Assembly (NCBI RefSeq): GCF_001194135.2
Contig: NC_068991.1
Span: 28,529,683-28,562,323 of the forward strand
Reading direction: 5' to 3'
DNA length: 32,641 nt
DNA from: Octopus bimaculoides
Taxonomy: Eukaryota
Shown here: positions 12,621 to 24,301 of the stretch, one piece after another
Position numbering within the stretch: position 1 is the stretch's first letter
How the letters are laid out: each line of letters begins with the position of its first letter
The notes under the pieces: generated by a model
Database searches by the model: none
Told to the model about the DNA's origin: nothing
The model's input: only the letters and a program-made list of their open reading frames with translations
Translations under genes and position numbers: made by a program

Positions 12621-13274
12621 GAGAGAAAGGAAGAGCAATAGGTTAGGAGCCAGAGGGGAGAAGTGGACAGTTGAAAAGTACTTGCCAAAACAAGTAATAC
12701 CAGAATGTAGAAGAATGTGAGTGAGCACCAGTGAGTATGTGTGTGTGTAAGTGTATGGAAAGTAGCTATGTTAGTGTGTGAGAGAGAGTAAATGGCCAAA
12801 GAGTGAATGGACATGTATGAGAGTGCCAGTGAGTGAGCATTGTGTGTGTGTGCATGTGAGAGTGTGAAGAATAAGTAGGTGTGGTTATATGTCTCTGTGT
12901 GTGTATGTATGCGTGCCTCTGTGTGTGTGTGTTGGAGACAAGATGATAGGCAAATAGCAGGGGCAAAGAGAAATGTATGTACAAATGTAGAGCATTCTTT
13001 AATACATTATAACTGAAAAGCTTCTACTTCTCGTACACTGAGTTACTCATTCACAATCATTATCTGGTTATCCAGGCCTACATTTTTTTTTAAATATTCA
13101 GTTACAATATATTTTGAAATATGAAATGAAAGTTTAAAGAAAACATTTATTTTTTATGTTCTTGAGCAAAATACTTCATTTCATATTGCTCTGCAATCAT
13201 TTTGACATCTTATATGCAGCAGGCTTGTGCACCTGTACATACAATGTCTATTTGATGACTAGTGTGACCTTTTG

Positions 13275-13516
13275 TCATCATCAACATTTAGTGTCCGTTT
13301 TCCTTGCTGGTATGGAACTGCTAAGCTGGAGAGCTGCACCAGGATCCAGTCTGTTTTGGCTTGATTTCTATGGTTGGGTGCCCTTACTAAAGCCAACCAC
13401 TCCACAGAGTGTACCAGGTGCCTTTGATGTGTCACCGGCACAGGTACCACTTAAGTATCACCAGCACAGATGCCTTTTACATGTCACTGGCACAGGCCAC
13501 AATTACGATTTCATTT
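13275..13516 (-). mobile_element. RTE 3' end fragment
   Basis: gtccgttttccttgctgg...gccaaccactcc...gtgcc repeats. Confidence 0.8.
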
Positions 13517-13674
13517 AGTTTCTGTGAACGTATTTGATTGCTATAATCAAATCACTAATGTGGTCGTTCAACAAGAAATTGTGAAACCCTTATCTTGTCA
13601 TTTAACAATGGGAGTCCATTAAAATAATATGTAGAATGCGTGTGTGCGTGTGTGTGTGTACTCATATATATATC

Positions 13675-13807
13675 GTTAGGAAGGGTATCCAACCAAAGTA
13701 ACCATGCCAAATCAGACTGGAACCTGGTGCAGCTCATGAGCTTACCAGTTTCAGTCAAACCATTTAACCCATGTCAGCATGGAAAGTGGGCATTAAATGA
13801 TGATGAT
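13675..13807 (+). mobile_element. RTE 3' end fragment
   Basis: ttaggaagggtatcc...catggaaagtgggcattaaatgatgatgat. Confidence 0.8.
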
Positions 13808-13868
13808 ATATATATATATATATATATATATNNNNNNNNNNATATATATATATATATGCATGTATGTA

Positions 13869-13956
<88 letters not shown>

Positions 13957-13982
13957 CATGTATGTGTTTGTCTGTATACATA

Positions 13983-14210
13983 TGAAGAACACAAGCATCT
14001 CCCCGCAAATCTGGGAGAAATACGAGAATATAAAAGAGCACATGAGAGGTGTCACTTCTCTGTTGCATCAAGTAGCTTCACGTGCAGCAGATGTCATCAC
14101 TACTGCAGATCAAGAGAAAGCCTGGTAGCCCATATGTGATCCTGTCAGAGATGATTACTGAACAAGAATAGTTCACAGTGACTGACAACAGACAGCCGAA
14201 GAAGAAAGAA
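13983..14210 (+). mobile_element. 3' end of a second (BovB-like) RTE LINE with C-terminal C2H2 zinc finger
   Basis: YKRAHERC...SSSFTCSRCHHYCRSRESLVAHM resembles FxCxxCxRxCxSRxGLxSH; ends in a (GAA)n-like tail. Confidence 0.7.
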
Positions 14211-14309
14211 TATATATATATATATATATAGGTAAAGCAAATTTTAGAGGTAATACTTGATAATTGCAAGCACCTGTATATGCCAGATAGTGGCCGAGGT
14301 GAAAGAATA

Positions 14310-14401
14310 AATTAAAAACGTAAAATTAAAACAGAACACAAAGGATTCCGCAGTGTACCGCGGAATCCTTTGTGTTCTGTCTTTATTTTACATTTTTAAT
14401 T
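14310..14401. repeat. 42-bp inverted repeat with 8-nt loop (inner 21 bp perfect)
   Basis: acagaacacaaaggattccgc agtgtacc gcggaatcctttgtgttctgt; 3 mismatches in outer 21 bp. Confidence 0.95.
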
Positions 14402-14474
14402 TATATATATGATTGACCGTTGACTGAACACTATTCAATTTTTTTTCTCCGTGTTTTTCTCCTTGTCTCCGTAT

Positions 14475-14511
14475 TCTTTCTGTTGAAGAGCGTAGCTCGA
14501 AACGTCAAAGA
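14475..14511 (+). ncRNA. Minimal type I hammerhead ribozyme variant
   Basis: tcttt CTGTTGA a gagc gta gctc GAAACGTC aaaga: helix I 5 bp, helix II 4 bp, palindromic ACGU helix III; A6U deviation. Confidence 0.65.
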
Positions 14512-15498
14512 CTTTCCGTATTCCCGAGCGTCATACTANNNNNNNNNNNNNNNNNNNNNNNNNNNNNNNNNNNNNNNNNNNNNNNNNNNNNNNNNNNNNN
14601 NNNNNNNNNNNNNNNNNNNNNNNNNNNNNNNNNNNNNNNNNNNNNNNNNNNNNNNNNNNNNNNNNNNNNNNNNNNNNNNNNNNNNNNNNNNNNNNNNNNN
14701 NNNNNNNNNNNNNNNNNNNNNNNNNNNNNNNNNNNNNNNNNNNNNNNNNNNNNNNNNNNNNNNNNNNNNNNNNNNNNNNNNNNNNNNNNNNNNNNNNNNN
14801 NNNNNNNNNNNNNNNNNNNNNNNNNNNNNNNNNNNNNNNNNNNNNNNNNNNNNNNNNNNNNNNNNNNNNNNNNNNNNNNNNNNNNNNNNNNNNNNNNNNN
14901 NNNNNNNNNNNNNNNNNNNNNNNNNNNNNNNNNNNNNNNNNNNNNNNNNNNNNNNNNNNNNNNNNNNNNNNNNNNNNNNNNNNNNNNNNNNNNNNNNNNN
15001 NNNNNNNNNNNNNNNNNNNNNNNNNNNNNNNNNNNNNNNNNNNNNNNNNNNNNNNNNNNNNNNNNNNNNNNNNNNNNNNNNNNNNNNNNNNNNNNNNNNN
15101 NNNNNNNNNNNNNNNNNNNNNNNNNNNNNNNNNNNNNNNNNNNNNNNNNNNNNNNNNNNNNNNNNNNNNNNNNNNNNNNNNNNNNNNNNNNNNNNNNNNN
15201 NNNNNNNNNNNNNNNNNNNNNNNNNNNNNNNNNNNNNNNNNNNNNNNNNNNNNNNNNNNNNNNNNNNNNNNNNNNNNNNNNNNNNNNNNNNNNNNNNNNN
15301 NNNNNNNNNNNNNNNNNNNNNNNNNNNNNNNNNNNNNNNNNNNNNNNNNNNNNNNNNNNNNNNNNNNNNNNNNNNNNNNNNNNNNNNNNNNNNNNNNNNN
15401 NNNNNNNNNNNNNNNNNNNNNNNNNNNNNNNNNNNNATATATATATGTATATATATATTCTTTTTCTCCTATTTTTTTTCTCCTTGTTTCTCTGTGTT

Positions 15499-15536
15499 CC
15501 TCTCAGTTGAAGAGTGTAAGCTCGAAACGTTAAAGA
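15499..15536 (+). ncRNA. Degenerate hammerhead copy
   Basis: cctct CAGTTGA a gagt gtaa gctc GAAACGTT aaaga. Confidence 0.5.
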
Positions 15537-15621
15537 TTTTCTCTATTCCTGAGCATTATACTAATACATCCATTTGTTGTTTACACCACCTGTCTTTGTC
15601 TGTTGTTTTTTTCATAAATTC

Positions 15622-15661
<40 letters not shown>

Positions 15662-16149
15662 ACATATATATATATACACACACACACACACATATATAGA
15701 TATATATATAAATACATTTTATCTTCATACAACATAACAATATTGTTTATATAGTCATCCATTGTACCCTGTGATAATTTCCTCTATATTAACATCATAG
15801 GTTTTATTAGCGTCTTGCCCCTTTAACTGTTAACATCTTGATTTAGGGTCTTCCCCTACCCAGCCTCCTTTATAGACAATTAATTATACATTTTCTAATA
15901 TCCTGACAATATTTATGACCATACCCAACTATAAACTGTCAACTCACTCTGTCTAGCCATTCTAAACAGACAGTCCTCTAGCCTTAGATTTAGTAATTGA
16001 TAAAAAAAAGACTAATAAATTAAAAGTGAACCACAATCATTTACAAGCTATGACCAGAATAAACTTCATACAGTTCTTAGAAGTGTAGTATATTCTGAGT
16101 CACATTAGCAGCAACATGGACTTTCTCCAATTTCTTGCTCTATTAGAGA

Positions 16150-16385
16150 ATTTGAGTAAAATTATATTGTGTCCAACTGATTAAAAAATTTTATTTATTT
16201 ATGCAGCTGAGGATAGCCCTGCATTTAAATTGATGTAATGATTGCATTGTTCAATTAAATGGAACTGCTTGAAACGGTCGTACTGCATCACCTCTTGATA
16301 TCCTGTTTCTTATTTTGATTTTATTCACCTCAGAGTTTACAGATAATACTGCACTGACTTAGTACTTCAACATAAGTACCTAACT
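16150..16385. repeat. Dispersed repeat (probable non-autonomous DNA element); inverted copy at 22805-23020
   Basis: ctgcatttaaattgatgtaatgatt.cattgttcaatta...gaaacg.tcgtactgc shared in opposite orientation. Confidence 0.7.
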
Positions 16386-16414
16386 GAACTGAATCTCAAT
16401 TATTTCTTATATAT

Positions 16415-16459
<45 letters not shown>

Positions 16460-16467
16460 TTACATAT

Positions 16468-16627
16468 GCACTCTTGGAGTGGTTGGCATTAGGAAGGGCA
16501 TCCAGCTGTAGAAACTTTGCCAGATCAGATTGAGCCTGGTGCAGCCTCTGGCTCGCCAGTCCTCAGTCAAACCGTCCAACCCATGCCAGCATGGAAAGTG
16601 GACGTAAAACGATGATGATGATGATGA
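16468..16627 (+). mobile_element. RTE 3' end fragment
   Basis: Near-identical to 19180-19335, ends (gat)n. Confidence 0.85.
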
Positions 16628-16694
16628 CATATACAGGCATACATATATACATACTCACATATATACTGGAATACATACATATAATATATATAGG

Positions 16695-17666
16695 ATCAGT
16701 GAAGTAATAGCCATAGATGAAGTAGATATACTACTAGCCATAGATGAAGTGGACACAAATTCAACTGCTGGTCCTGATGGTTTCCCAGCAATCCTCCTCA
16801 AATCGTGTAAGCATGCCCTGACAAAACCCCTCCAGATTCTCTTCCAGAGCTTTCTTGCAAATGGCAGACTGCCAAGCAAGCTGAAGGAGGGAATAATACG
16901 CCCAATCCATAAAGGGGAAAGCAGAGCAGATGCCAAAAACTATAGGCTTATCTCTCTGACTTCACACATCAGCAAAGTCATGGAACGGATAGTCAGAGGG
17001 AAACTAATTGCATTCCTTGAAGAAAATAACTTGCTGAGTGATACCCAGCATGGCTTTTGACCAGGTAGGAGCTGCCTGACCCAGCTCCTACAACATTATG
17101 GCTAGGTGTTGAGCCAGTTACACAACAACTCAAATGTGGACATAATATACCTTGATTTTAGAAAAGCTTTTGAAAAGGTAGATCATGGTATGATATTAAA
17201 CAAACTGCGTGATCTCGGCATAGCTGGAAAACTTGAAGAGTGGTTACATGACTTTCTGAAAGATAGAAGTCAGGCAATAGTGGCTAATGGAGCCACCTCT
17301 ATGAAAACACAAATAGTGAGCGGTGTTCCACAGGGCACTGTCTTGGGACCACTGCTTTTCATAGTGGCCCTCTCAGAAATACCCTCTAGTGCCTGGATAG
17401 CCACCCTTGCAAGCTACACAGACGATACAAAAGTCTCGCAGAAAATTCAGAACCCCAGCAATGTTGCACATCTGCAGCAGGAGTTGGAATCAATTTACAG
17501 ATGGGCTGAGGATAATAATATGCAGTTTAATGCTGAAAAATTCCAAGCCCTGCACTACCAGCGTCCAAAACTGAATATGAAACTTAGAGGGTACACTGGT
17601 CCACAGGGAATTTCAATCCCAGAGCCTAAATCAGTGAGGGACCTGGGTATCGACATGAGTGATGGT
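16695..17666 (+). mobile_element. CR1-group LINE reverse transcriptase fragment (pseudogenised)
   Basis: AGPDG, NYRLISLTSHISKVMERIV, QHGF, YLDFRKAF, GVPQGTVLGPLLF, YTDD (17415-17426), MQFNAEK, RDLG; single frame with stops at 17058 and 17103. Confidence 0.93.
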
Positions 17667-19339
17667 TAGTGAGAGCTGTGCAAGGGATGCTGTCAGTAAG
17701 GTGAGGGTTAGCAATGAGTACAGTGAAGAATTCTGAGTAGAGGTAGGGGTTGATCAGTCCTCAGCCTCCTCTTATACATCATAGTTCTCCAGGCAATAAC
17801 AGAGGAATTCAAGATAGGATGCTTCTGGGAGCTCCTCTATGTTGATGACCTTGCTCTAATTGCTGAGTTACTATCAGAACTAGAGGAAAAGTTTCAGGTG
17901 TGGAAGCAAGGATTAGAATCGAAGGGCCTTTGAGTCAACCTAGCTAAAACCAAAGTCTTGATAAGTAGGAAGGCAGACAAACCACAAATCCCTTCAGGTA
18001 GATGGCCCTGCTCGATCTGTAGAAAAGGCGTAGGTAGAAACTCCATAAGATGTACCCAGTGTAAGCTAGGGATACATAGCAGGTGCAGCAATATCAAAGG
18101 AAGGCTAACTGGGAATATAAATTTTGTATGTGGCAAATGCTCAAGTGCTATAAATACTGAAAATGTGCAGAGAACAACTTCTGTCACATTCCAGAGAGAA
18201 AAACTACAAGTAGTTGATAGCTTCCGTTACTTAGGGGACCAAGTCAGTAGCGGGGGTGGTTGATCTGAAAGTGTAGCTGCTAGAATAAGAATAGCCTAGG
18301 CAAAGTTCAGAGAGCTCTTACCTCTGCTGGTGACAAAGGGCCTCTTGCTCAGAGTAAAAGGTAGACTGTATGATACATGTGCACAAACAGCCATGCTACA
18401 TAGCAGTGAAATATAGGCCGTGACTGCTGAGGACATGTGTAAGCTTGCAAGGAATGAAGGCAGTATGTTCTGCCAGATGTGTAATGTCAGTGTGCATACA
18501 TGACAGTGTGTAAGTGCCTTGAGAGAAAAGCTGGATTTAAGAAGCATCAGATGTGGTGTACAAGAGAGACAATTGCGCTGGTATGATCATGTGTTGTGAA
18601 TGAATGAGGACGGCTTTGTGAAAAAATGTCACTCCCTAGGAGTTGAAGGAACCTGTGGAAGAGGTAGACCCAGGAAGACCTGGGATGAGGTGGTGAAGCA
18701 CGACCTTCGAACATTGGGCCTTACTGAAGCAATGACTAGTGGCCGAGACCTTTGGAGATATGCTATGCTTGAGAAGAGCGACAAGCCAAGTGAGACCATA
18801 AACCATGGCCTATGCTAGTGGGTGTAACCAGCCCACTTATGTGTAACCCTCATTCATTGGACAATAAACTTTGCTTGCGTAGACCTATTGAGGCAAGTGA
18901 AATCAAATCAAAATCGCTGACATGGCTGATGACAGTACCGCCTGATTGGCACTCATGCCAGTGAAACGTTAAAAGCACATCCAAGAGTGACCATTGCCAG
19001 GACCACAGATTGGCTCCCGTGCTGGTGGCACATAAAAAGCACCATTCGAGAGTGATCATTGCCAGCGTCGCCTTACCAGCACATGCACTGGTGGCACATG
19101 AAAAACAACATTTGAGCTTGGTTGTTGCCAGAACCGCCTGACTGGCCCTCATGCTGGTGGCACGTAAAAGCACCCACTACACTCTTGGAGTGGTTGGCAT
19201 TAAGAAGGGTATCCAGCTCTAGAAACTTTGCCAGATCAGATTGAGCCTGGTGCAGCCTTCTGGCTCACCATTCCTCAGTCAAACCGTCCAACCCATGCCA
19301 ACATGGAAAACGGACGTTAAACGATGATGATGACGATGA
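17663..19339 (+). mobile_element. 5'-truncated RTE-clade LINE (RT C-half, PHD-like finger, C-terminus, 3' UTR, (GAT)n tail)
   Basis: YVDD (17838-17849), VNLAKTKVL, VDSFRYLGD, RGRPRKTWDEVVKHDL; multiple stops and frameshifts. Confidence 0.93.
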
Positions 19340-19639
19340 TAATCACACCTTAACAAGTTTTTCAATAATTCCTGTTGTGGATATCATTATGCAAATCATA
19401 CAATATAGTATAAAAATTATAAGACAACATTACTCAAAAGAACATAAGTAAACATCAATATATACATGAAGCAGACCTAATGACAACAATGTACTGTGTT
19501 TGATGCATAAAGGTACTTATTCATCATGGGTCACTGCTTATTGATGTATTTACTTATGTCCTTTTGAATAATCACTGTAGCAACCAGACTAATAGATGTT
19601 ATACACTGGTTGCTACAAAACACTTCCTCTTTGTTGTAG

Positions 19640-19840
19640 CTTTTAAATGTGCCATTCCATTGACTAGTTGGGCAGACAAACATTACCCTGCAACAGAATG
19701 TCAGGTTACCTACTTACAGTTGAGTTGACTGGAGCAACATAAAATGAAATGCCTTGTTCAAGAACACAATGCCACCTGGAAATCAAAACCACAATCTTCA
19801 GATCAAGAAAGCAATACCCTAACCACTAGTTCATATACCT
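19640..19840 (-). mobile_element. tRNA-derived SINE family C (decayed)
   Basis: Reverse complement ctagtggttagggtattg...ttgtgttcttgaacaagg...ttgctccagtcaactcaactg matches 27876-28020. Confidence 0.7.
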
Positions 19841-20277
19841 ACACTCCTTCGAATAATATTGCCTTATAATGTTTACAACTAGTGGCATAGTATGCATTAT
19901 AATATCAGCATTTCCCTGGATATGGAATAATTCAAAAAGTCTGATTATCATGTAAAATCATGTACCAATTCATATAATGATATTCCTAATACCAGTGATT
20001 GTTTTTGCATCTCTCTCTACTGATATTGAACTTTTTCTTGTAGCCAACATACCTGATTCAGGAGTATCATACTCTGATTAATAAGTTGCATTTAAAGAAT
20101 TTTAATTAATCAAGCACTAATCAACACAGACTATCCCTGCATAAACAACCTCGTGCCTACTGCATATTAACATATATGTACATGTATATAATATATATGC
20201 ATGTATACTGTATACAATATATATACATATATACACACATATATATACACATATACATAAAAATCATTATATGCAAT

Positions 20278-20357
<80 letters not shown>

Positions 20358-21319
20358 CAGAAAGAGAGACAGAGAGATTCAAACATATACACTGTGTATA
20401 TAAAGGGATTGAAGGATGGATGGATAATTAATAGATATGTATAAAAAATATCTATACCCTCATACATGCAATATTTATATATGTATACATACATAAACAT
20501 CAAATAATGAGGTTTTTTTACAAAACGGGGAAACAACAATGATGTGTTTGTTATAGTTAAATGGCTGAATAATACTATGACGGATAAACACAGATATTTT
20601 TATGAAATATATCTCAGTGTTAATTCATTTTGAAAGTCTCATGCAACGTTTATCCACACAGTAAGGTGTCAGTTACACAGGATATATGCTATAAAACCAC
20701 GTATAAAAATACAACACATTTAGAAAGTGGGTGTGAAGAGCACGTTTTGAAAATGGGTGTGAAATTATTTACACAGCCTGAAAATATATACACGTGTATA
20801 TACGTGTATGCACACACACACACACATACACATCAAACATGCATACATACATGTATATACAACCACATATCCATATTTTATACACATATATATAATATAT
20901 ATATACACACAAGTTTATATAAATGTACACAAGTATAGAAACATATACACACACATCCATATATACATATATGCAAGCACACACACACACACACACACAT
21001 GTGTACATATGTCTGTGTGTGTGTGTGTGTGTGTATGTATACTATTGGCAAATGTACAAGTCCTTATTTTTTCTGACTTATGGTTTCTTAGACGACGATA
21101 TACAATTACATACACACACACGCATGTGTGTGTATATACATAAATATATATATATACACACACACACACACAAAGATATTTACACAGGCGCATACGCTCA
21201 CATGTGTGTGGAGATATATTTGTAAACATGTCTACAAATATATACATACACAAATACATGCATACATGAATATAAAGACACAAACACACACCTATATAAA
21301 CAAACATACAAATAAATAC

Positions 21320-21580
21320 ATCATCATCATCGTCGTTTAACGTCTGCTTTCCATGCTAGCATGGGTTGGACGATTTGACTGAGGACTAGTGGACCAGGAG
21401 GCGACACCAAGCTCCAATCTGATTTGGCAGACTTTCTACAGCTGGATACCCTTCCTAACGCCAACCACTGCTCGATCTGTAGAAAAGGCATAGGTAGAAA
21501 CTCTAAAATACCCAGTGTAAACTATGGACACATAGCAGGTGCAGCAATATCAAAGGAAGGCTACCTAGGAAGTTAGTTTG
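21320..21580 (-). mobile_element. RTE copy with 5' inversion (minus-strand tail joined to plus-strand PHD fragment)
   Basis: 21320-21469 is reverse of the RTE tail; 21468-21489 identical to 18008-18029. Confidence 0.85.
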
Positions 21581-21832
21581 AAAAAACCATTGGAAGCTGC
21601 AACGCTACGAGACAGTACATTGGACAAGGAGGGAACAAAAGAAGGAAAAGAAGAAAATTAGAATTTAGAATGGGAAGTCAATAAAATGATTTAAAACCCG
21701 ATTAAAAATGGGGGAAGAATGTTTTATGCATAATGGAGCCACAAAGGGGAATTAATCAAATAAGATATGTTGCAATCTTCTCTACCCACAGTTATCACAT
21801 TCGGTTAAAATGTCTTACGGTTAAGTCGGCTC

Positions 21833-21930
21833 TTATGTATTTCCCTGAAGAGAAGATTACATCTTTACCAACATCACTTATTCCTTTTGAAGGAACCATT
21901 TGTAATCTTCGAAACATATGTCGGACATAA
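21833..21930 (+). ncRNA. Type I hammerhead ribozyme with canonical core
   Basis: tatttcc CTGAAGA GAAGATTACA[39 nt]TGTAATCTTC GAAA CATATG TC ggacata; predicted cleavage after 21922. Confidence 0.8.
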
Positions 21931-22064
21931 AAGAACTCATTTAACATATGCATATTACTCCATTTATTAAATTTAATATATATATATATATATATATAAC
22001 ATGTATACATATATACACACATACGCATACATATACATATATATACGTATACATATGACTTCTG

Positions 22065-22676
22065 ACCGAGACCTTTGGAAATATGCTGTGCGTGAGAAGA
22101 CCCGGCAAGCCAAGTGAGACCTAAATCCAAGGCCTCAGCCAGTCCACTTATGCGTACTTTCCTTCATTGGACACTAAACTCCGCTTGCGAAGACCTGTTG
22201 AGGCAAGTGAAATCAAAATCGAGTTAAATTCGACGACTAGCACCCATGCCAACATTGTCTCCTTCATTGGACACGAAACTCAGCTTGCGAAGACTTATTG
22301 AGGCAAGCAAAAGCGAAATTGTGATGGCACCTGTGCCCAGCGTTGCCTTTCTGGCACTTGTGCCCGCGGCATGTGTAAGGACTTTCGAGTGAGATCGTTG
22401 CCAGTGCCCCTGGACTGGCTCTTGTGCAGGTGGCACATAAAATACACCATTTCGAGCGAAGCTGTTGCCAGTACCTTCTGACTGGCCTTCGTGCCGGTGG
22501 CAAATAAAAGCACCCACTACACTCTCTGAGTGGTTGGCGTTAGGAAGGGCATCCAGTTGTAGAAACTCTGCCAAATCAGATTGGAGCCTGGTGTAGCCAT
22601 CTGGTTTCACCAGTCCTCAGTCAAATCATCCAACCCATGCTAGCATGGAAAGCGGACGTTAAATGACGATGATGAT
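22065..22676 (+). mobile_element. RTE 3' end and 3' UTR, CpG-retaining copy
   Basis: Homologous to 18740-19335. Confidence 0.88.
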
Positions 22677-23538
22677 ATATATACATATATATACATACAT
22701 ATATATATATATATACAAATATATATATACATATATATACAGATATATATATATATACATAGGGTATGGTAGATGAGTTCAGAAAAAATTTAGATTCAGG
22801 TGAATATGGTACTTAAGTTTAGGCACCAGAATTTAGTACAGTATTATCCATACAATTTTAAAGTAAGGTGATTAAAATCAAAATAAGCAACAAGGGGTAA
22901 AGCAGTACGATCGTTTCATGTAACTCTAATTAATTGAACAATGTAATCATTACATCAATTTAAAATGCAGAGCAATCTTCACCTGTACAAAGACATAGAA
23001 TTTAATTAAATTAGAACAGATGGAGACATTAGTATAATAGTACCTAAAATCTCCCAGAGGTTCCTGAGACAGACAGAGAACATCTTGCTTTAGCCACACC
23101 ATGCAAGCTAATAAATCAAATGTCACAGAAGATTCTGCCTGTCACTGATTTTATTTGTTTTTTTAATTTAGATTTATAGACTATCATATCAAACCTTGTA
23201 TATCTAAAGCTTAAGAGAATAAAGAATACTATCTATTAGGGGTAGCTCTGATAGAGCAAACAGAAATCATGGTTGGTATAGTCATAAATTCATATATATA
23301 TAGATATATATATATATATATAGATATATATATATATAGANNNNNNNNNNNNNNNNNNNNNNNNNNNNNNNNNNNNNNNNNNNNNNNNNNNNNNNNNNNN
23401 NNNNNNNNNNNNNNNNNNNNNNNNNNNNNNNNNNNNNNNNATATATATATACATACACACACACATATATATATATACACACAGTTATATATAGGTATGT
23501 CCATACATACATACATACACAGGTACATATATCTATAA

Positions 23539-23768
23539 AGGCGGCTAGCTGCAGGAACGTTGGCACGCCGGGCAAAATGCTTAGCACTATTTCATCTGCC
23601 TTGACATTCTGAGTCTAAATTCCGCTGAGGTTCACTTTGCCTTTGATCCTTTTGGGGGTCGATTAAATATGTACCAGTTACACACTTGTGTAGATGCAAT
23701 CGACTTAATTCTTTTGTCTGTCCTTGTTTGTCCCCTCTATGTTCAGTCGCCTTTGGGCAATAAAGAAA
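23539..23768 (+). mobile_element. tRNA-derived SINE family A, near full length
   Basis: aaggcggctagctg...gagtctaaattccg...ggcaataaagaaata. Confidence 0.82.
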
Positions 23769-23892
23769 TATATAACTATACATGTATATATTTATATATC
23801 TGTGTAGACATATAAATGTATTTATATACATAAGTATTTGTATTTATTTGTATCTCTNNNNNNNNNNTATAAATATGTGTGTATAATGCATA

Positions 23893-24022
23893 AAGGGTGA
23901 TTCAAAAGTCGCCGTACATAAGAACAGTTTATTTTTTTAGAAGGAACAGTTTTTGTTTTATTTAACTGTTTCTTATAAAAAAATAATTTTTTCCTTTATA
24001 AGGTGACTTTTGAATCACCCTG
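23893..24022. mobile_element. Tc1/mariner-type MITE (130 bp)
   Basis: TA|aagggtgattcaaaagtcgcc ... ggtgacttttgaatcaccctg|TA; 19/21 TIR match and TA flanks. Confidence 0.82.
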
Positions 24023-24200
24023 TATATATATGTATATACACACACACGTGTTATATATATATAGGTATGTGTATGTCTGCATATGTTTTTGTATATATAT
24101 ATATATATATATGGTGTATAACATACATATATAAGTATGGTGAGACAAACAGAAAAAATTGAGCAACTATAAGTATGTATAATATTATTGATATTTAGCT

Positions 24201-24301
24201 GAAACAACAGAGTGACTCAAAGTCCAACAGTTTCGTACATTGACACTTATCAAATTTATCACTACATGAAACTCTCGGACCAAGAGTCACTCTGTTGTTT
24301 C
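24201..24301. repeat. About 100-bp hairpin element with perfect 18-bp terminal inverted repeats
   Basis: gaaacaacagagtgactc / gagtcactctgttgtttc plus imperfect inner arms. Confidence 0.85.

Larger units (their letters stand above)
14410..15625 (+). mobile_element. Two direct Penelope-like pseudo-LTR copies separated by an N gap
   Basis: 14440-14537 and 15455-15560 are homologous; both carry a hammerhead motif; same family at 32500-32641 and tail at 24650-24710. Confidence 0.7.

Noticed and set aside
18950-19185. Repeated gtgcc(g/c)gtggcac units resembling a CRISPR array (also 22300-22520)
   Set aside because: Irregular degenerate tandem repeats inside the RTE 3' UTR; eukaryotic context, no unique spacers or cas genes
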